Shown here: positions 8,825 through 18,898 of the stretch, piece by piece
Layout: each line of letters starts with the position of its first letter
How positions within the stretch are numbered: the first letter of the stretch is position 1
The notes under the pieces: model-generated
Seen by the model: only the letters and a program-made list of their open reading frames with translations
The model's database searches: none
What the model was told of the DNA's origin: nothing
Program-made: the position numbers and the translations under genes
Virus record (IMG/VR): IMGVR_UViG_3300020045_005441
Span: 1 to 46,341 of that record
DNA from: a virus
Lineage: Duplodnaviria > Caudoviricetes
Length of the DNA: 46,341 nt
Direction: 5' to 3' (one strand)

Positions 8825-9261
8825 GCGGACTGGTAAACGTATCGGAGGTAGTCTTAGACCCGTTGTTCGCTATTGCGTTCCAGATAGTGCGCTTTTCTGG
8901 CGGGTTTGTGGCAGAAGGGGAATACCATAGGGGTAACGGGATATTCCTTAACCGGGTAGGGTGCATACAACCCGCGTCGCAAAACGACATTATAGAATTT
9001 TTGCCAGAAGGCGAGCGGGACGGAAAATTTATTAAAGTTTATTGCTCACAAGAAATAATGATAAGTGACGGTCAAGGACAAGAATCAGATGAAATTATTC
9101 ACCATAATTTTAGGTATCGGGTAACGTTTACAAAGAGATTCCAGGATTACGGATATTGGTTTGCAATATGTGAAGACACGGGATTGGAGTTTGATTACCT
9201 TGTTGATGATTTTGGTAATATCCTTACCGATGAATTGGGTAACTTTTTAATAGGGCAATAA
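8821..9261 (+). CDS. Head-closure/neck protein with an acidic C-terminal extension
   Basis: IQPAS...LPEGER pattern; gene order; tail YLVDDFGNILTDELGNFLIG. Confidence 0.7.
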   Translation: MSGLVNVSEVVLDPLFAIAFQIVRFSGGFVAEGEYHRGNGIFLNRVGCIQPASQNDIIEFLPEGERDGKFIKVYCSQEIMISDGQGQESDEIIHHNFRYRVTFTKRFQDYGYWFAICEDTGLEFDYLVDDFGNILTDELGNFLIGQ

Positions 9262-9265
9262 ATAC

Positions 9266-9697
9266 ATGGCACTAAAAGCATTCTCACAATACCTCGCAGA
9301 ACTCCCTGAATTAAGCGCAATGGACGGTAGCGATTATTTGCTTGCGCTTGATAATCCAAACGCGTCTGCGAGTAAGACAAAGCCTACAAGCAGCTCAATA
9401 CCAGTCCTTACCATCCCGGCATCCGGTGCAAGCCAATCGCTTATAATCCCTAGCAATGGCGACGTGTGCTATGACATTACATTGACCACCACATGCACGC
9501 TTTCGATATCAGGAGGAACGTCAGGACGTTATCAGACCGTGACGCTTATATTGCGTGGCGCATTGCCTTATGTGTTCGCTAACACAATTAAATGGCAAGC
9601 TGGGGTAGCTCCAGCGCCTAACCTTATTGCTGGCAAAATGGACAAAATAACCATAACCACGCCAGACGCAGGTGCTACCTTGTTCGGTAGCTACTGA
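9266..9697 (+). CDS. Putative fibre adaptor protein
   Basis: N-terminal LAELPELSAMDGSDYLL; C-terminal TVTLIL...IKWQAGVAP...DKITITT beta domain seen in fibre proteins. Confidence 0.6.
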   Translation: MALKAFSQYLAELPELSAMDGSDYLLALDNPNASASKTKPTSSSIPVLTIPASGASQSLIIPSNGDVCYDITLTTTCTLSISGGTSGRYQTVTLILRGALPYVFANTIKWQAGVAPAPNLIAGKMDKITITTPDAGATLFGSY

Positions 9698-11781
9698 TGG
9701 CCTGGAATTTATTCACCAATACTGTATTCCCTGCGATAGCGACACCGTCTGTAGCACAGGGGGAAACGCTTTATGATGGCTGGATAGAAACGGGCGGCAA
9801 CACAAACGAGATATTGGCCAGTGGCCTGATAGGACAGACATCAATCATTGCCAACCCTTGGCTAAATGCCCGCATGATGAGGCCGTTGTCGGAATCAAAA
9901 CGCAACTCAAGGTTTGTATTAACCTTTGTTGCAGCCCCATTGTCAAGCCCAACATTGCTTTGTTACCTACGCGGAAACCATGCAAAATCGACGTTTACTG
10001 GGTATATCCCATTTATTGCTCAAGACGGGTCAAGCTTTCGGCTTTACCCTTGTGTTAACGGAGTATTAAAAACGCTTGTCAATGCCGCCACAGGAACTAC
10101 TACGGTTTCAGGCACACAATATAAATTGGATGTCGAGGTCGTACAGACAGATGCGGCAACCAGCACATTGACCTATACGCTACGCAACATGGACGGTTCG
10201 CAACGCGGCAACGTCATGACGATAGTCGATGCCACCCCTGAGCTACAGAACATCGCTGGCGTCCCAGGATTTGGAATCAACGCAAATGGCGTAAACCCTG
10301 TAGGAATTGGCAGGATAGCGGCTGTTGACACCTACCAGCAACCTCCGGTAGAAGCCACAACTTATACGGTTACGGCACAAATATCTGGTGCGGTCAACAT
10401 TGCGTCCAGTGCGTTCCTAATTTACCCGAACAATGACGGGGTGTTTGCGGACACCACCATAACGCCATCAGACAATGGCGGTGGCGGCACGTTTACGCCA
10501 TCGTCAATCGTGTTGGCAGCATTGCAAACATTGCCTGGGTCGTTCACCTATACCCCTGGTTCTGCTGGCGTAAAAACAATCAGCTACACAAACAGCGGCA
10601 CTCTTTCAAACCCAGCAAACACAAGCTTTACTGCAAGCGTATACAACATTGTACCGATCACAAAAGGTAGGTTTTCGCCCGGTAATTGGAAAGACAATGC
10701 TGGTAGGGGTGGTGCGCTATGGCGAAAAACCTGGAACATCGGTGCATGGTTCACTTACAAATGGACGGCAAGCGCAAGCCCAACGTGCAGCATATTGGTT
10801 GAGCCAAATACAAGCTCCACTAACGTATTTGCCATTTATTTAAACGGCGTGCTTACCGACGCAGTCCCTGCCATTGGAAATATGTCAGTAAATGGCGTTA
10901 TTCCAAATTCTGTAAATACGTTAAAAGTATATGTATCAAACAGCATAAACAATTACAGGTGGAACGACGGGGTAAACACCGTACGAATAAACGGGTTGTT
11001 GCTTGACCTTGGTTCTATTGAAATAGATGTATCCACACCTATGCCATGGGGATTAATCAGCGGAGACAGCATTACTCAGGGGGTGCTTGCAAATTCCGGG
11101 GTAGGGTCTTTTATCCATACCTATACTTTTGGTCTTTCCAACATGCTGGAGCAGTTGGGGTATGATTTATGTGTAAATGCATGTTCAAGCGTTGGCTGGA
11201 CGGTTGTAGGTAATGCCCTTGGAGACGTTCCTGCTTATTGCAAATCTGACGGCACTGGCTATAGGGACGACTTAAGCCGTTGGAACAAGATAGACCAAGG
11301 TGTTAGCCTTCTTGACGCAAACGGAAAGATAAGCGCGTATGGTCAGCTTGGACAAGAGCCATCTTTTATCATAATAAACCTTTTAACCAATGATTGTGGG
11401 TTTGCCGCAAATGTGACTCATACGCAAGCAAGCATATTACAAGGATTGACATTGCTCAGGAATGCCGCAAAAAATGCGGCTATAGTCCTGATAATACCGC
11501 CAGGGCTTTATGACACAAGCATAGCAAACAACACAAATTCTGCGGTGTATATTGCTGCAATCAAGGCCGCATATAATGCTTATGTTGCAGCAAACCCTTA
11601 TGACGGGCTTATTGATTTAGTTGATTTTGGGGTTGATTTTGCCAAGACATTGAGCCGTGGAATTTACACCAATGATGGCGTACATCCGTCAACCACAGGT
11701 CATTCTATAATGTCGGCTAAACTTGTGCAAAGGATAGTTGCGTCACTCAATAAGTTGTTTGCACGTTGGACATATTCATGA
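9697..11781 (+). CDS. Multi-domain beta-rich protein with C-terminal SGNH/GDSL hydrolase (putative virion esterase)
   Basis: GDSITQG, LLTND and DGVHP catalytic blocks. Confidence 0.8.
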   Translation: MAWNLFTNTVFPAIATPSVAQGETLYDGWIETGGNTNEILASGLIGQTSIIANPWLNARMMRPLSESKRNSRFVLTFVAAPLSSPTLLCYLRGNHAKSTFTGYIPFIAQDGSSFRLYPCVNGVLKTLVNAATGTTTVSGTQYKLDVEVVQTDAATSTLTYTLRNMDGSQRGNVMTIVDATPELQNIAGVPGFGINANGVNPVGIGRIAAVDTYQQPPVEATTYTVTAQISGAVNIASSAFLIYPNNDGVFADTTITPSDNGGGGTFTPSSIVLAALQTLPGSFTYTPGSAGVKTISYTNSGTLSNPANTSFTASVYNIVPITKGRFSPGNWKDNAGRGGALWRKTWNIGAWFTYKWTASASPTCSILVEPNTSSTNVFAIYLNGVLTDAVPAIGNMSVNGVIPNSVNTLKVYVSNSINNYRWNDGVNTVRINGLLLDLGSIEIDVSTPMPWGLISGDSITQGVLANSGVGSFIHTYTFGLSNMLEQLGYDLCVNACSSVGWTVVGNALGDVPAYCKSDGTGYRDDLSRWNKIDQGVSLLDANGKISAYGQLGQEPSFIIINLLTNDCGFAANVTHTQASILQGLTLLRNAAKNAAIVLIIPPGLYDTSIANNTNSAVYIAAIKAAYNAYVAANPYDGLIDLVDFGVDFAKTLSRGIYTNDGVHPSTTGHSIMSAKLVQRIVASLNKLFARWTYS

Positions 11782-12302
11782 CGCTAAACGAAATAAACGC
11801 CACCATACGTAATATAATACGTACTGAAATGGGGATGCCAGAGCATCAAGTGATGCCTGCAAACACCAACCAACCGACCGGAAACCTGCCTTTTGCGACT
11901 GTGCTTGTTGACAAGATATCAGGCAATGGATGGGATGATTCAAAGTGGCAAGACACCTTGCCGCTTAACGTTACACAAACAGCACAAGGCGAGCGCAAGG
12001 CAAGCGTATCAATACAATTTTTTAGGGACGGTGCAGTTACCTTTGCCGAGCGTTTGCGCGCAAGGATTCAACTACAATCAGCAGCAGATAAGTTTGCGCT
12101 TAACGGGATTGGACTGATAAGCGTTGGAGATGCCAGGAACATAAGCATGGTAATCAATACGTTTTGGGAAGAACGCGCACAAATACCAATGATTATCAGT
12201 ATAATAGCGAAAGAAACCAGCGTAATAGGGACTTATGGCACATTCCCAATAAGCATTTCGACAGAAAGCGAAACAATGGTAAAGACCATTTTAGAACCAT
12301 AA
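11778..12302 (+). CDS. Tail terminator/neck protein
   Basis: ATGA coupling; directly upstream of the sheath gene; SVSIQFF and EERAQ motifs. Confidence 0.7.
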   Translation: MTLNEINATIRNIIRTEMGMPEHQVMPANTNQPTGNLPFATVLVDKISGNGWDDSKWQDTLPLNVTQTAQGERKASVSIQFFRDGAVTFAERLRARIQLQSAADKFALNGIGLISVGDARNISMVINTFWEERAQIPMIISIIAKETSVIGTYGTFPISISTESETMVKTILEP

Positions 12303-12320
12303 CCAAAGGAGACATTAATT

Positions 12321-13793
12321 ATGTCAATTGCAGTATCAAAAGTAGTCAACGTAAAAATACAGTCTTCCGCTACGTTTCCACAGCGTAAAGGTTTTGGCAT
12401 CCTTAACATTATCGGGAATAGCGCACGTTTGCCAGTAGGCAACAGGATAAGGTCATATTCCGACATGGAAGGCGTTTCTGCTGATTTCCAAAGCACAGAC
12501 GAAGAATACAAGGCGGCACAGGTGTTCTTTAGCCAGTCCCCACGCCCAGTAACGCTCATGATAAGCCGCAGGTTTGATGTCGCGGTAGCTGGGGAGCTAT
12601 TGGCAGGGGTAGGATACAACAAGGATATTGCGGCATTTAACGCAATAACAAACGGTGGTTTTGACATTACCATTGATGGCTTGTTGAAGCAAGTAACCAC
12701 AATCAACTTGTCCGGCGCAGCTTCGTTCAACGCAGCAGCGGCATTGATACAAACACGGCTGCAAATTGTCGCAGCTTCTGCAACATGTACATTTGATGGC
12801 ACTCGCTTTATCATACGGTCTGGTACGACCGGGGCCACATCCACCGTATCGTTTACCACGACCCCAACAGGGGCAGGTTCTCCGGTTGACATAAGCACAT
12901 TGCTTGCCTCAAATGCCGCTGGCCTTGGTGTTGTAACAACAGGGTCTGCTGCTGAGTCGGTCACAACATCACTTGACAAGATACAGGATATAAGCCAGTC
13001 ATGGTATGGAATGACTTTCACCAAAGAACTTACCGAAGCAAACCTTAAGGATGCGGCGGCATGGGCTGAGGCAAGGGTTAAGGTATTTGGTTTTACTACC
13101 AAGGCGAGCAATGTACTAGACCCTGCTGTAACGGCTGATATTGGTTCGTTCTTAAAAACAAGCTTATATAGCCGTACATTCTCCGTCTGGGATGATAACG
13201 ACGACTATATGATAGTCGGGGCATTTGCGCGTGGTTTCACCGTAAACTTCAACGAAGAAAACAGCACTATTACGTTGAAATTCAAGCAAATGCCTGGAAA
13301 CACACCAACAACATTGACCGAAACACAACGTACCACTTTGGTGGCAAAGAACGTAAACTACTATACTACGTTTGGTGATTCCGTTATGTTTGCCGAAGGT
13401 ATCATGGCTAGCGGCCAATTTTTTGACGAACGCCACGGGCTTGATTGGCTGCAAAACGCAGTTGAAACAAATGTTTTTGGTTATTTGCTTACAAGGGTAA
13501 CAAAAGTTCCGCAAACCGATAGGGGCGTTGCCGCTATCGTATCTCAAGTGGAATCCGCATTGCGCGAAGGGGTAAGGAATGGCTTGCTTGCCGAAGGGCA
13601 ATGGAACGGCTTTGACCTTGGAGAAGTAAAATCAGGGGATTATTTGCCAAAGGGGTTTTACGTGTTTGCACAACCTGTGCGCGACCAAAACCAATCTGAC
13701 AGGGAAGCAAGGAAATCGCCTCCAATACAGGCAATATGCAAAGGTGCGGGCGCGATACATTTTGCAGACATCACAATTACTTTTGAACGCTAA
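12321..13793 (+). CDS. Contractile tail sheath protein (DUF3383 type)
   Basis: 490 aa; TLKFKQ, DERHGLDWLQN, KVPQTD and GAIH motifs. Confidence 0.88.
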   Translation: MSIAVSKVVNVKIQSSATFPQRKGFGILNIIGNSARLPVGNRIRSYSDMEGVSADFQSTDEEYKAAQVFFSQSPRPVTLMISRRFDVAVAGELLAGVGYNKDIAAFNAITNGGFDITIDGLLKQVTTINLSGAASFNAAAALIQTRLQIVAASATCTFDGTRFIIRSGTTGATSTVSFTTTPTGAGSPVDISTLLASNAAGLGVVTTGSAAESVTTSLDKIQDISQSWYGMTFTKELTEANLKDAAAWAEARVKVFGFTTKASNVLDPAVTADIGSFLKTSLYSRTFSVWDDNDDYMIVGAFARGFTVNFNEENSTITLKFKQMPGNTPTTLTETQRTTLVAKNVNYYTTFGDSVMFAEGIMASGQFFDERHGLDWLQNAVETNVFGYLLTRVTKVPQTDRGVAAIVSQVESALREGVRNGLLAEGQWNGFDLGEVKSGDYLPKGFYVFAQPVRDQNQSDREARKSPPIQAICKGAGAIHFADITITFER

Positions 13794-13806
13794 GGAGCAA
13801 TGATTA

Positions 13807-14256
13807 ATGAGAACTTACAGCTTTTTAAACACCGTCTTATTGATTAACGGCGTTGAGATAACGGGGTTTGCCGATGGCGACGACGTAATAGACATGAAAC
13901 GCCGCACCGATTCTGCATCGGACAAGATAGGCGCAGACGGAAACATGATGGTTAGCCTTTCTGCTGATTTTTCAGGTGAGGTGGTCATAAAATTACAGCA
14001 AACATCATCAAGCAACAAGTACCTTACAAAGCTCCTTAACCTGCAAGAAGGGCGCGGCGTAAGGTTCAAGCCTATACAAATCCTGTTCCAGGACACTTAT
14101 CGTAATGACGTTGGGTCTGGGTCGCAGGGATATATCAAAAAACCAGCCGATTTGATGAGGGGGCAAAACGGACAGACAATAGAATGGTCTTTTGTCGTCG
14201 AACGCCTTGATCTGCTTTCTGGCGACCCTAGCTTGTTGGGGTCATTTATTGGTTAA
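13807..14256 (+). CDS. Tail tube protein (DUF3277-like)
   Basis: ITGFADGD, IGADG and LQQTSSSN motifs; follows the sheath gene. Confidence 0.85.
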   Translation: MRTYSFLNTVLLINGVEITGFADGDDVIDMKRRTDSASDKIGADGNMMVSLSADFSGEVVIKLQQTSSSNKYLTKLLNLQEGRGVRFKPIQILFQDTYRNDVGSGSQGYIKKPADLMRGQNGQTIEWSFVVERLDLLSGDPSLLGSFIG

Positions 14257-14294
14257 TGTGGTATGATTTGGCTTTATAAAAATGCGAGGGAATC

Positions 14295-14690
14295 ATGAAT
14301 AAAGATTTAGCCATAAAAGATAGGACATACAGTTTTGGTACGCTACCGGCAATAGAGGCAATCACCGTCGAAGTTGCCATTGCAAAAGTGATCGGTGAGC
14401 CTTTGTTCAAGAGCCTTACCGAAGTTGACGGAGGTTCTGATGCAAAGGCAATCGGTGCGGCTGCAATAGGGCTTATAACTACCCGCATGGATGCAAAAGA
14501 ACTTATTGAAACAATGGAAACCGTCTTTAAATATGTTTCATGTAACGGGGAGCGTGTTGAAATAAACAGCACGTTCACCGGGCGCAATAAGGAATTATGG
14601 ACGGTGTTCACTGCTGCGTTGAGGTATAATTTTTCCGATTTTTTGGACGCAATCCCCTCCGGTTTAATCCCCGCAGGGAAACAAGGGTAA
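14295..14690 (+). CDS. Tail assembly chaperone
   Basis: Lies between tube and tape measure genes; ends NFSDF near a slippery site. Confidence 0.8.
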   Translation: MNKDLAIKDRTYSFGTLPAIEAITVEVAIAKVIGEPLFKSLTEVDGGSDAKAIGAAAIGLITTRMDAKELIETMETVFKYVSCNGERVEINSTFTGRNKELWTVFTAALRYNFSDFLDAIPSGLIPAGKQG

Positions 14691-14872
14691 AAATAATCGA
14701 ATCGGCAAATATTAGCTGGTACGTTATGCGGCCTATAATGCGGGATCCGCCATTATGTACGCTTGCACAGCTTAAGGACGGCACTTACACCATTAACGAC
14801 TTGGCGGATTTTCATGAGGCAATGGATGAGTCAGAAGAATATCAACGCAGGTTTGAGGATCTGAAAAATTGA
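14639..14872 (+). CDS. -1 frameshift extension of the tail assembly chaperone (G-GT type)
   Basis: T_TTT_TTG at 14639-14645 in frame; -1 frame open to TGA at 14870-14872 (…LCTLAQLKDGTYTINDLADFHEAMD…), overlapping the tape measure start. Confidence 0.7.
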   Translation, partial: FFGRNPLRFNPRRETRVKIIESANISWYVMRPIMRDPPLCTLAQLKDGTYTINDLADFHEAMDESEEYQRRFEDLKN

Positions 14873-16404
14873 ACGGTTCGCCAATAGAGAGTTTTTTTGT
14901 AGCCCTTGGCTTTAAAGTTGACGACGAGGGGCTGCAAAGCTTTGAATCCCACTTAAAGACCGCCAGGAACGCTGCATTGGCTTTCGGTGCTGTCGCTGTC
15001 ACCGCGGCGGCTGGGCTGGCTGCGTTTACCGTCCATGTTGCAGAATCAATCGACAACCTTGGCGACTGGGCAGACCAAGAAAATGTTGCCATAGAAGCCG
15101 TCCAAGAGTTAGGCCATGCGGCACAGCTTAGCGGGTCTTCAATTGATGCCATAAAGTCATCAGTCGGTGGGCTTAACCGCGTTACTGGTGAAGCGGTCAT
15201 AGGTATTGGGCGTGGGGCAAAGATATTCGAAAAGCTTGGGCTTGAGGCAAAAGGTGCGGATGGCAAAGTAAAGTCTTTCGATACATTGCTGGGAGAGATA
15301 GCCGAAAAGATGCAAGGGCTTTCTCGGCAAGAACAGATTGCAATGTCAGAAAAGCTAGGGATAGACAGGTCGTTGATACCGTTGCTGCAAAAAGGCAAGG
15401 AAGGGATTGCCGCATTGCGCGAGGAAGCCAGGGCGTTTGGCATAGTCAGCGAAAAAGATGCCAAAGAAGCCGGCATGTTCCAAGACTCTATGGATAGGAT
15501 GCTTTTTTTGTTCAAGGCAATAAAAGAGCAAATCGCCATTAAGCTTATGCCATCATTGCGTGGGCTTATCGACAATTTCCGCACATGGATAATGGTAAAC
15601 AAGGATTTTATCGGCCTTGCCATAGACCGGGTGTTGTCAGTTATTACAGGCACGGTATCCTTCCTTGGTGACTGGATAATGCGGCTTATAAACGTAGGCA
15701 TGTCATTGTTCAATGTCACGAAATTTTTAATATCAGGGTTTATGGACATGAACATTGCATTGCAAGCCGCAGGTGTTGCAATGCTGTTGTTCTGGGCAAG
15801 GGCTTTGCTTGTCCCTGTTGCACTTGCCGCAATATCCGCAGCAATCTTGTTGATTGTTGACGACATGGTCAACTGGGCTGATGGCAACGATTCTGTAATA
15901 GGCCAAATACTCTCAAAATACCCAGAAATTGCCATGCAGGTTTATGCAGTTGCCGCTGCTGCAATGGCGGTTAAGGATGCTTTTGTACAGGTTGGGGTAT
16001 GGATAGGGGAGAGCATAGCCAAAGTGGTTATGTTCGTAGAAAAAGCGCAATCATTGTTTAGCCTTGGTTTTGGCGGCGGTGCAAGCATGAGGTTGCCAAC
16101 CTTGCCAAGCTTTGGCGGAAATCCAAGTTATTCCCAAGCCTCAAGCGGAAACAACAGCCTAAACAGTAAAGGCGGCGTTGTGGGCAATGTTGGTAGCAAT
16201 GGCATAAACAGCAAGGGCGGGGTTATTGGTGGCGCAGGAAGCAACAGCACGTCATCAACTGTAAACCATAGCACAACGCACCAAAACAACACCATACATA
16301 TCAAATCTAGCGACCCTGTAAAGGCAGGCCAAGAGGTTCAAAAGGCGATGGGCAATATAAACCGAAATGCGGCAAGAAACCATAAATCACAGGTGGCGCA
16401 ATAG
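14869..16404 (+). CDS. Tape measure protein
   Basis: FFVALGFKVD start, Ala-rich helical body, TM segments, G/S/N-rich tail. Confidence 0.82.
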   Translation: MNGSPIESFFVALGFKVDDEGLQSFESHLKTARNAALAFGAVAVTAAAGLAAFTVHVAESIDNLGDWADQENVAIEAVQELGHAAQLSGSSIDAIKSSVGGLNRVTGEAVIGIGRGAKIFEKLGLEAKGADGKVKSFDTLLGEIAEKMQGLSRQEQIAMSEKLGIDRSLIPLLQKGKEGIAALREEARAFGIVSEKDAKEAGMFQDSMDRMLFLFKAIKEQIAIKLMPSLRGLIDNFRTWIMVNKDFIGLAIDRVLSVITGTVSFLGDWIMRLINVGMSLFNVTKFLISGFMDMNIALQAAGVAMLLFWARALLVPVALAAISAAILLIVDDMVNWADGNDSVIGQILSKYPEIAMQVYAVAAAAMAVKDAFVQVGVWIGESIAKVVMFVEKAQSLFSLGFGGGASMRLPTLPSFGGNPSYSQASSGNNSLNSKGGVVGNVGSNGINSKGGVIGGAGSNSTSSTVNHSTTHQNNTIHIKSSDPVKAGQEVQKAMGNINRNAARNHKSQVAQ

Positions 16405-16406
16405 CT

Positions 16407-17045
16407 ATGCCGGTATCGACATCAATTATACGCTCGATTGGTGGACTTGCTTTTGATGCGACCTTTGAGGAATCGCACGACTACGAATTGCAGGTTACGG
16501 ACAATCCAGTGGAATCAGGTGTTGTAGTAAGTGACCATGCTTTTATGTTGCCAATAAAGTTGACAATAAGTGCTGGCGTAAGCGACAGCCCATTAGGTAC
16601 TAGGATTGCAAATAGCTTTTCTGGCGACGGCAATAATAGGCCGATAAATGCCTTGCGTATGCTTACAGAATTGCAAAGGTCAGCAGAACCATTTGCCGTA
16701 CAAACCGGGCTTAAACTATACCGCAACATGGTTTGCACTAACATAAAGGCATCACAGGATAAAGACACGGCTGGGGTCTTGTTGTTTACCGCAGACCTCC
16801 GGGAAGTTATCATTGTAAATACGCAAACAGTTAAATACAAGTCATCAAAAGTCAAGGCAAATTCTGAGTCGTCAAAATCAGGGAAAGGGTCAAAGGTTGT
16901 TTCAGACAAACAGGCCACTCCAAGGCCAGGTGCGGCGGCAAGGCAAGCATCGGCAATAGTTGATAAAGGGGAGGTGAAGGGTAACGATGTAACCAAAAAA
17001 CCGTCTTCATTATTGTACAAAACAGGTCTAGGGAATTTATTGTGA
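16407..17045 (+). CDS. Baseplate Dit-like/tube initiator protein
   Basis: EESH...VTDNPVESG...SDHA motif. Confidence 0.75.
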   Translation: MPVSTSIIRSIGGLAFDATFEESHDYELQVTDNPVESGVVVSDHAFMLPIKLTISAGVSDSPLGTRIANSFSGDGNNRPINALRMLTELQRSAEPFAVQTGLKLYRNMVCTNIKASQDKDTAGVLLFTADLREVIIVNTQTVKYKSSKVKANSESSKSGKGSKVVSDKQATPRPGAAARQASAIVDKGEVKGNDVTKKPSSLLYKTGLGNLL

Positions 17046-17359
17046 TAATAGAAATACCCATACTTGAATCGGTTGCACAAGAACAGGTGATACAGTTCGG
17101 GAACGTAAAATACAGGCTTAAATTCCAGTACAACGAGCGTTCGCAATTATGGACGTTGGGCATATCGGAGGAAGTATCCAAGGCCGTACTTATCCAAGGA
17201 ATCCCACTAGTGCTTGGTCAGGAGCTGTTAAGCCCTTATAATTTTGGGATAGGAAAGATGATGGTGTACGACAAACGCAAGTCTGGCATTGACGCTAACT
17301 TTAGCGGCTTTACCGACAACGCCGCCCTGGTATGGTTTAGCGAGGACGAGGCCGTATAA
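17042..17359 (+). CDS. Baseplate plug-like protein
   Basis: YNER...W...GIPLVLG.ELL pattern; gene order. Confidence 0.7.
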   Translation: MIIEIPILESVAQEQVIQFGNVKYRLKFQYNERSQLWTLGISEEVSKAVLIQGIPLVLGQELLSPYNFGIGKMMVYDKRKSGIDANFSGFTDNAALVWFSEDEAV

Positions 17360-18270
17360 TGTCAAGGCAGTGGAAACGCGTATGCAGTGTGCTTGTTGGG
17401 GCGCAAGACGAGGGCATAGTGATTGACAGGCTACGCATATCATTTGATATTACAAAGACTGTTGACGACATACCGAACAGCGCAATAATTAAAATATACA
17501 ACCTTAACCCAGCCAATGAAGCGAAAATAAAGGAAGAATTCAAGGACATAATTGTACGTGCAGGGTATGAAGACCAAGAGCGGTTAATATTCTCAGGGTC
17601 AATAAAATATGTCTATCGTTACCGACAAGGGAATGATTACATAACCGAGATCGAGGGCGGCGACGGTGACGAAGATTACAAGACTGCGACCATAAACGAA
17701 ACGCTGGCAGCCGGGACTACGGACGAGCAATTGATAGATAAGGCCGTTGGTAGCTTTAAGAAGACAACGAAAGGGCATGTTAAGCTAAAGACAAAAGGCC
17801 GTAGACGCGGGAAGGTTGTCAGCGGAAACACAAGGGACGTAATAAAGCAAGTGGCGATACGTAACGGTGCTAATTGGTCGATACAAGATGGTCAGCTAAC
17901 CATTGTGCACGTAGACGATGTATTGCCTGATGAGGCGATAGTAATCAACTCAGAGACTGGGATGCTGTCAGCACCAGAGACGAATGACCGTGGAATAGCG
18001 GTAAAGACACTGCTAAACCCGCAATACAAGATAAACGGTGCAATACACCTTAACAATAACGACATAAAGGCAAAGCGCAACAAGCCGCAAAGCCTTGCCG
18101 TACCTAGGGAAAAGAAGGAATCAGTGCAACAAGAACCTGTAAGGCAAGACCCTGATGGAATTTATAAGCTTATAAAAATCAACCATAAAGGCGACAATCG
18201 GGCAAATGATTGGTATTCTGAGTTAGAATGTGTGGGAATAAACGAAACAGTACCAAAAAGCAGGGCTTAA
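17359..18270 (+). CDS. Baseplate hub protein
   Basis: IKIYNL, AGY, WSIQDG, TGML..P, LLNP and HKGDNR motifs. Confidence 0.78.
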   Translation: MSRQWKRVCSVLVGAQDEGIVIDRLRISFDITKTVDDIPNSAIIKIYNLNPANEAKIKEEFKDIIVRAGYEDQERLIFSGSIKYVYRYRQGNDYITEIEGGDGDEDYKTATINETLAAGTTDEQLIDKAVGSFKKTTKGHVKLKTKGRRRGKVVSGNTRDVIKQVAIRNGANWSIQDGQLTIVHVDDVLPDEAIVINSETGMLSAPETNDRGIAVKTLLNPQYKINGAIHLNNNDIKAKRNKPQSLAVPREKKESVQQEPVRQDPDGIYKLIKINHKGDNRANDWYSELECVGINETVPKSRA

Positions 18271-18274
18271 AAAA

Positions 18275-18898
18275 ATGTCTGACGAATCAATAAAGCTTGA
18301 ACGCAATAAAGCAACCATAGCGAACTTTGAGGATGTATCGCATTCTGCAATAGATTCTGCATTGAAAGACACCCATACATGCTTGCCAGGGATAATACAT
18401 AGCTTTAATCCAGCAACACAAACCGCCGAAGTGCAACCGGCAATAAAGAGGATTTTTAATGAAACAGGCGCGGTTAACCTCCCAATGTGCGTTGATGTAC
18501 CCGTTATATTTCCTGGTGGTGGTGGCTTTATGCTTACTTTTCCCGTTGTTGCTGGCGACGAGTGCGTGCTGGTATTTTCTGAGCGTTGCATTGACGGCTG
18601 GGCAATGGATGGTGAAATAAGCGAGCCAGAGGATTATAGGCAGCATGATCTAAGCGACGCATTTGCATTTGTTGGAGTAAATTCACAGCCAAAAAAATTA
18701 GCCAGCTTTGCGACCAATGGCGCGGAAATACGGAATAGGGCAGGCACTGTAAAGCTTAACCTTAGCAGCTCTGGCATAACGATAACCGGAAACCTTACCA
18801 TTAACGGGCAAGTTTCCGCAAACGGGCATAGGATAGACGAGACGCACAAGCATAGCGGTGTCACCACAGGCGGCGGACAGACAGGAGTGGTGGTATAA
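18275..18898 (+). CDS. Membrane-puncturing spike (Gp138/gpV-like)
   Basis: GDECVLVFSERCID, RQHDLSDA, C-terminal HKHSGV metal-binding tip. Confidence 0.88.
   Translation: MSDESIKLERNKATIANFEDVSHSAIDSALKDTHTCLPGIIHSFNPATQTAEVQPAIKRIFNETGAVNLPMCVDVPVIFPGGGGFMLTFPVVAGDECVLVFSERCIDGWAMDGEISEPEDYRQHDLSDAFAFVGVNSQPKKLASFATNGAEIRNRAGTVKLNLSSSGITITGNLTINGQVSANGHRIDETHKHSGVTTGGGQTGVVV

Noticed and set aside
14675-14682. GGGAAAC as the chaperone slippery site
   Set aside because: It is read GGG AAA C in the chaperone frame, which is the wrong register for -1 slippage; T_TTT_TTG at 14639 fits.
14793-15935. Long antisense ORFs over the tape measure (also 5018-5680, 12233-13111, 16481-17146)
   Set aside because: They show shadow-type composition with no motifs and no promoter or RBS that I could see, unlike 3553-4458, which has recognisable domains and a promoter.
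16160-16235. NSKGGVVG / NSKGGVIG duplication in the tape measure tail
   Set aside because: A small local duplication in a low-complexity linker; unremarkable.
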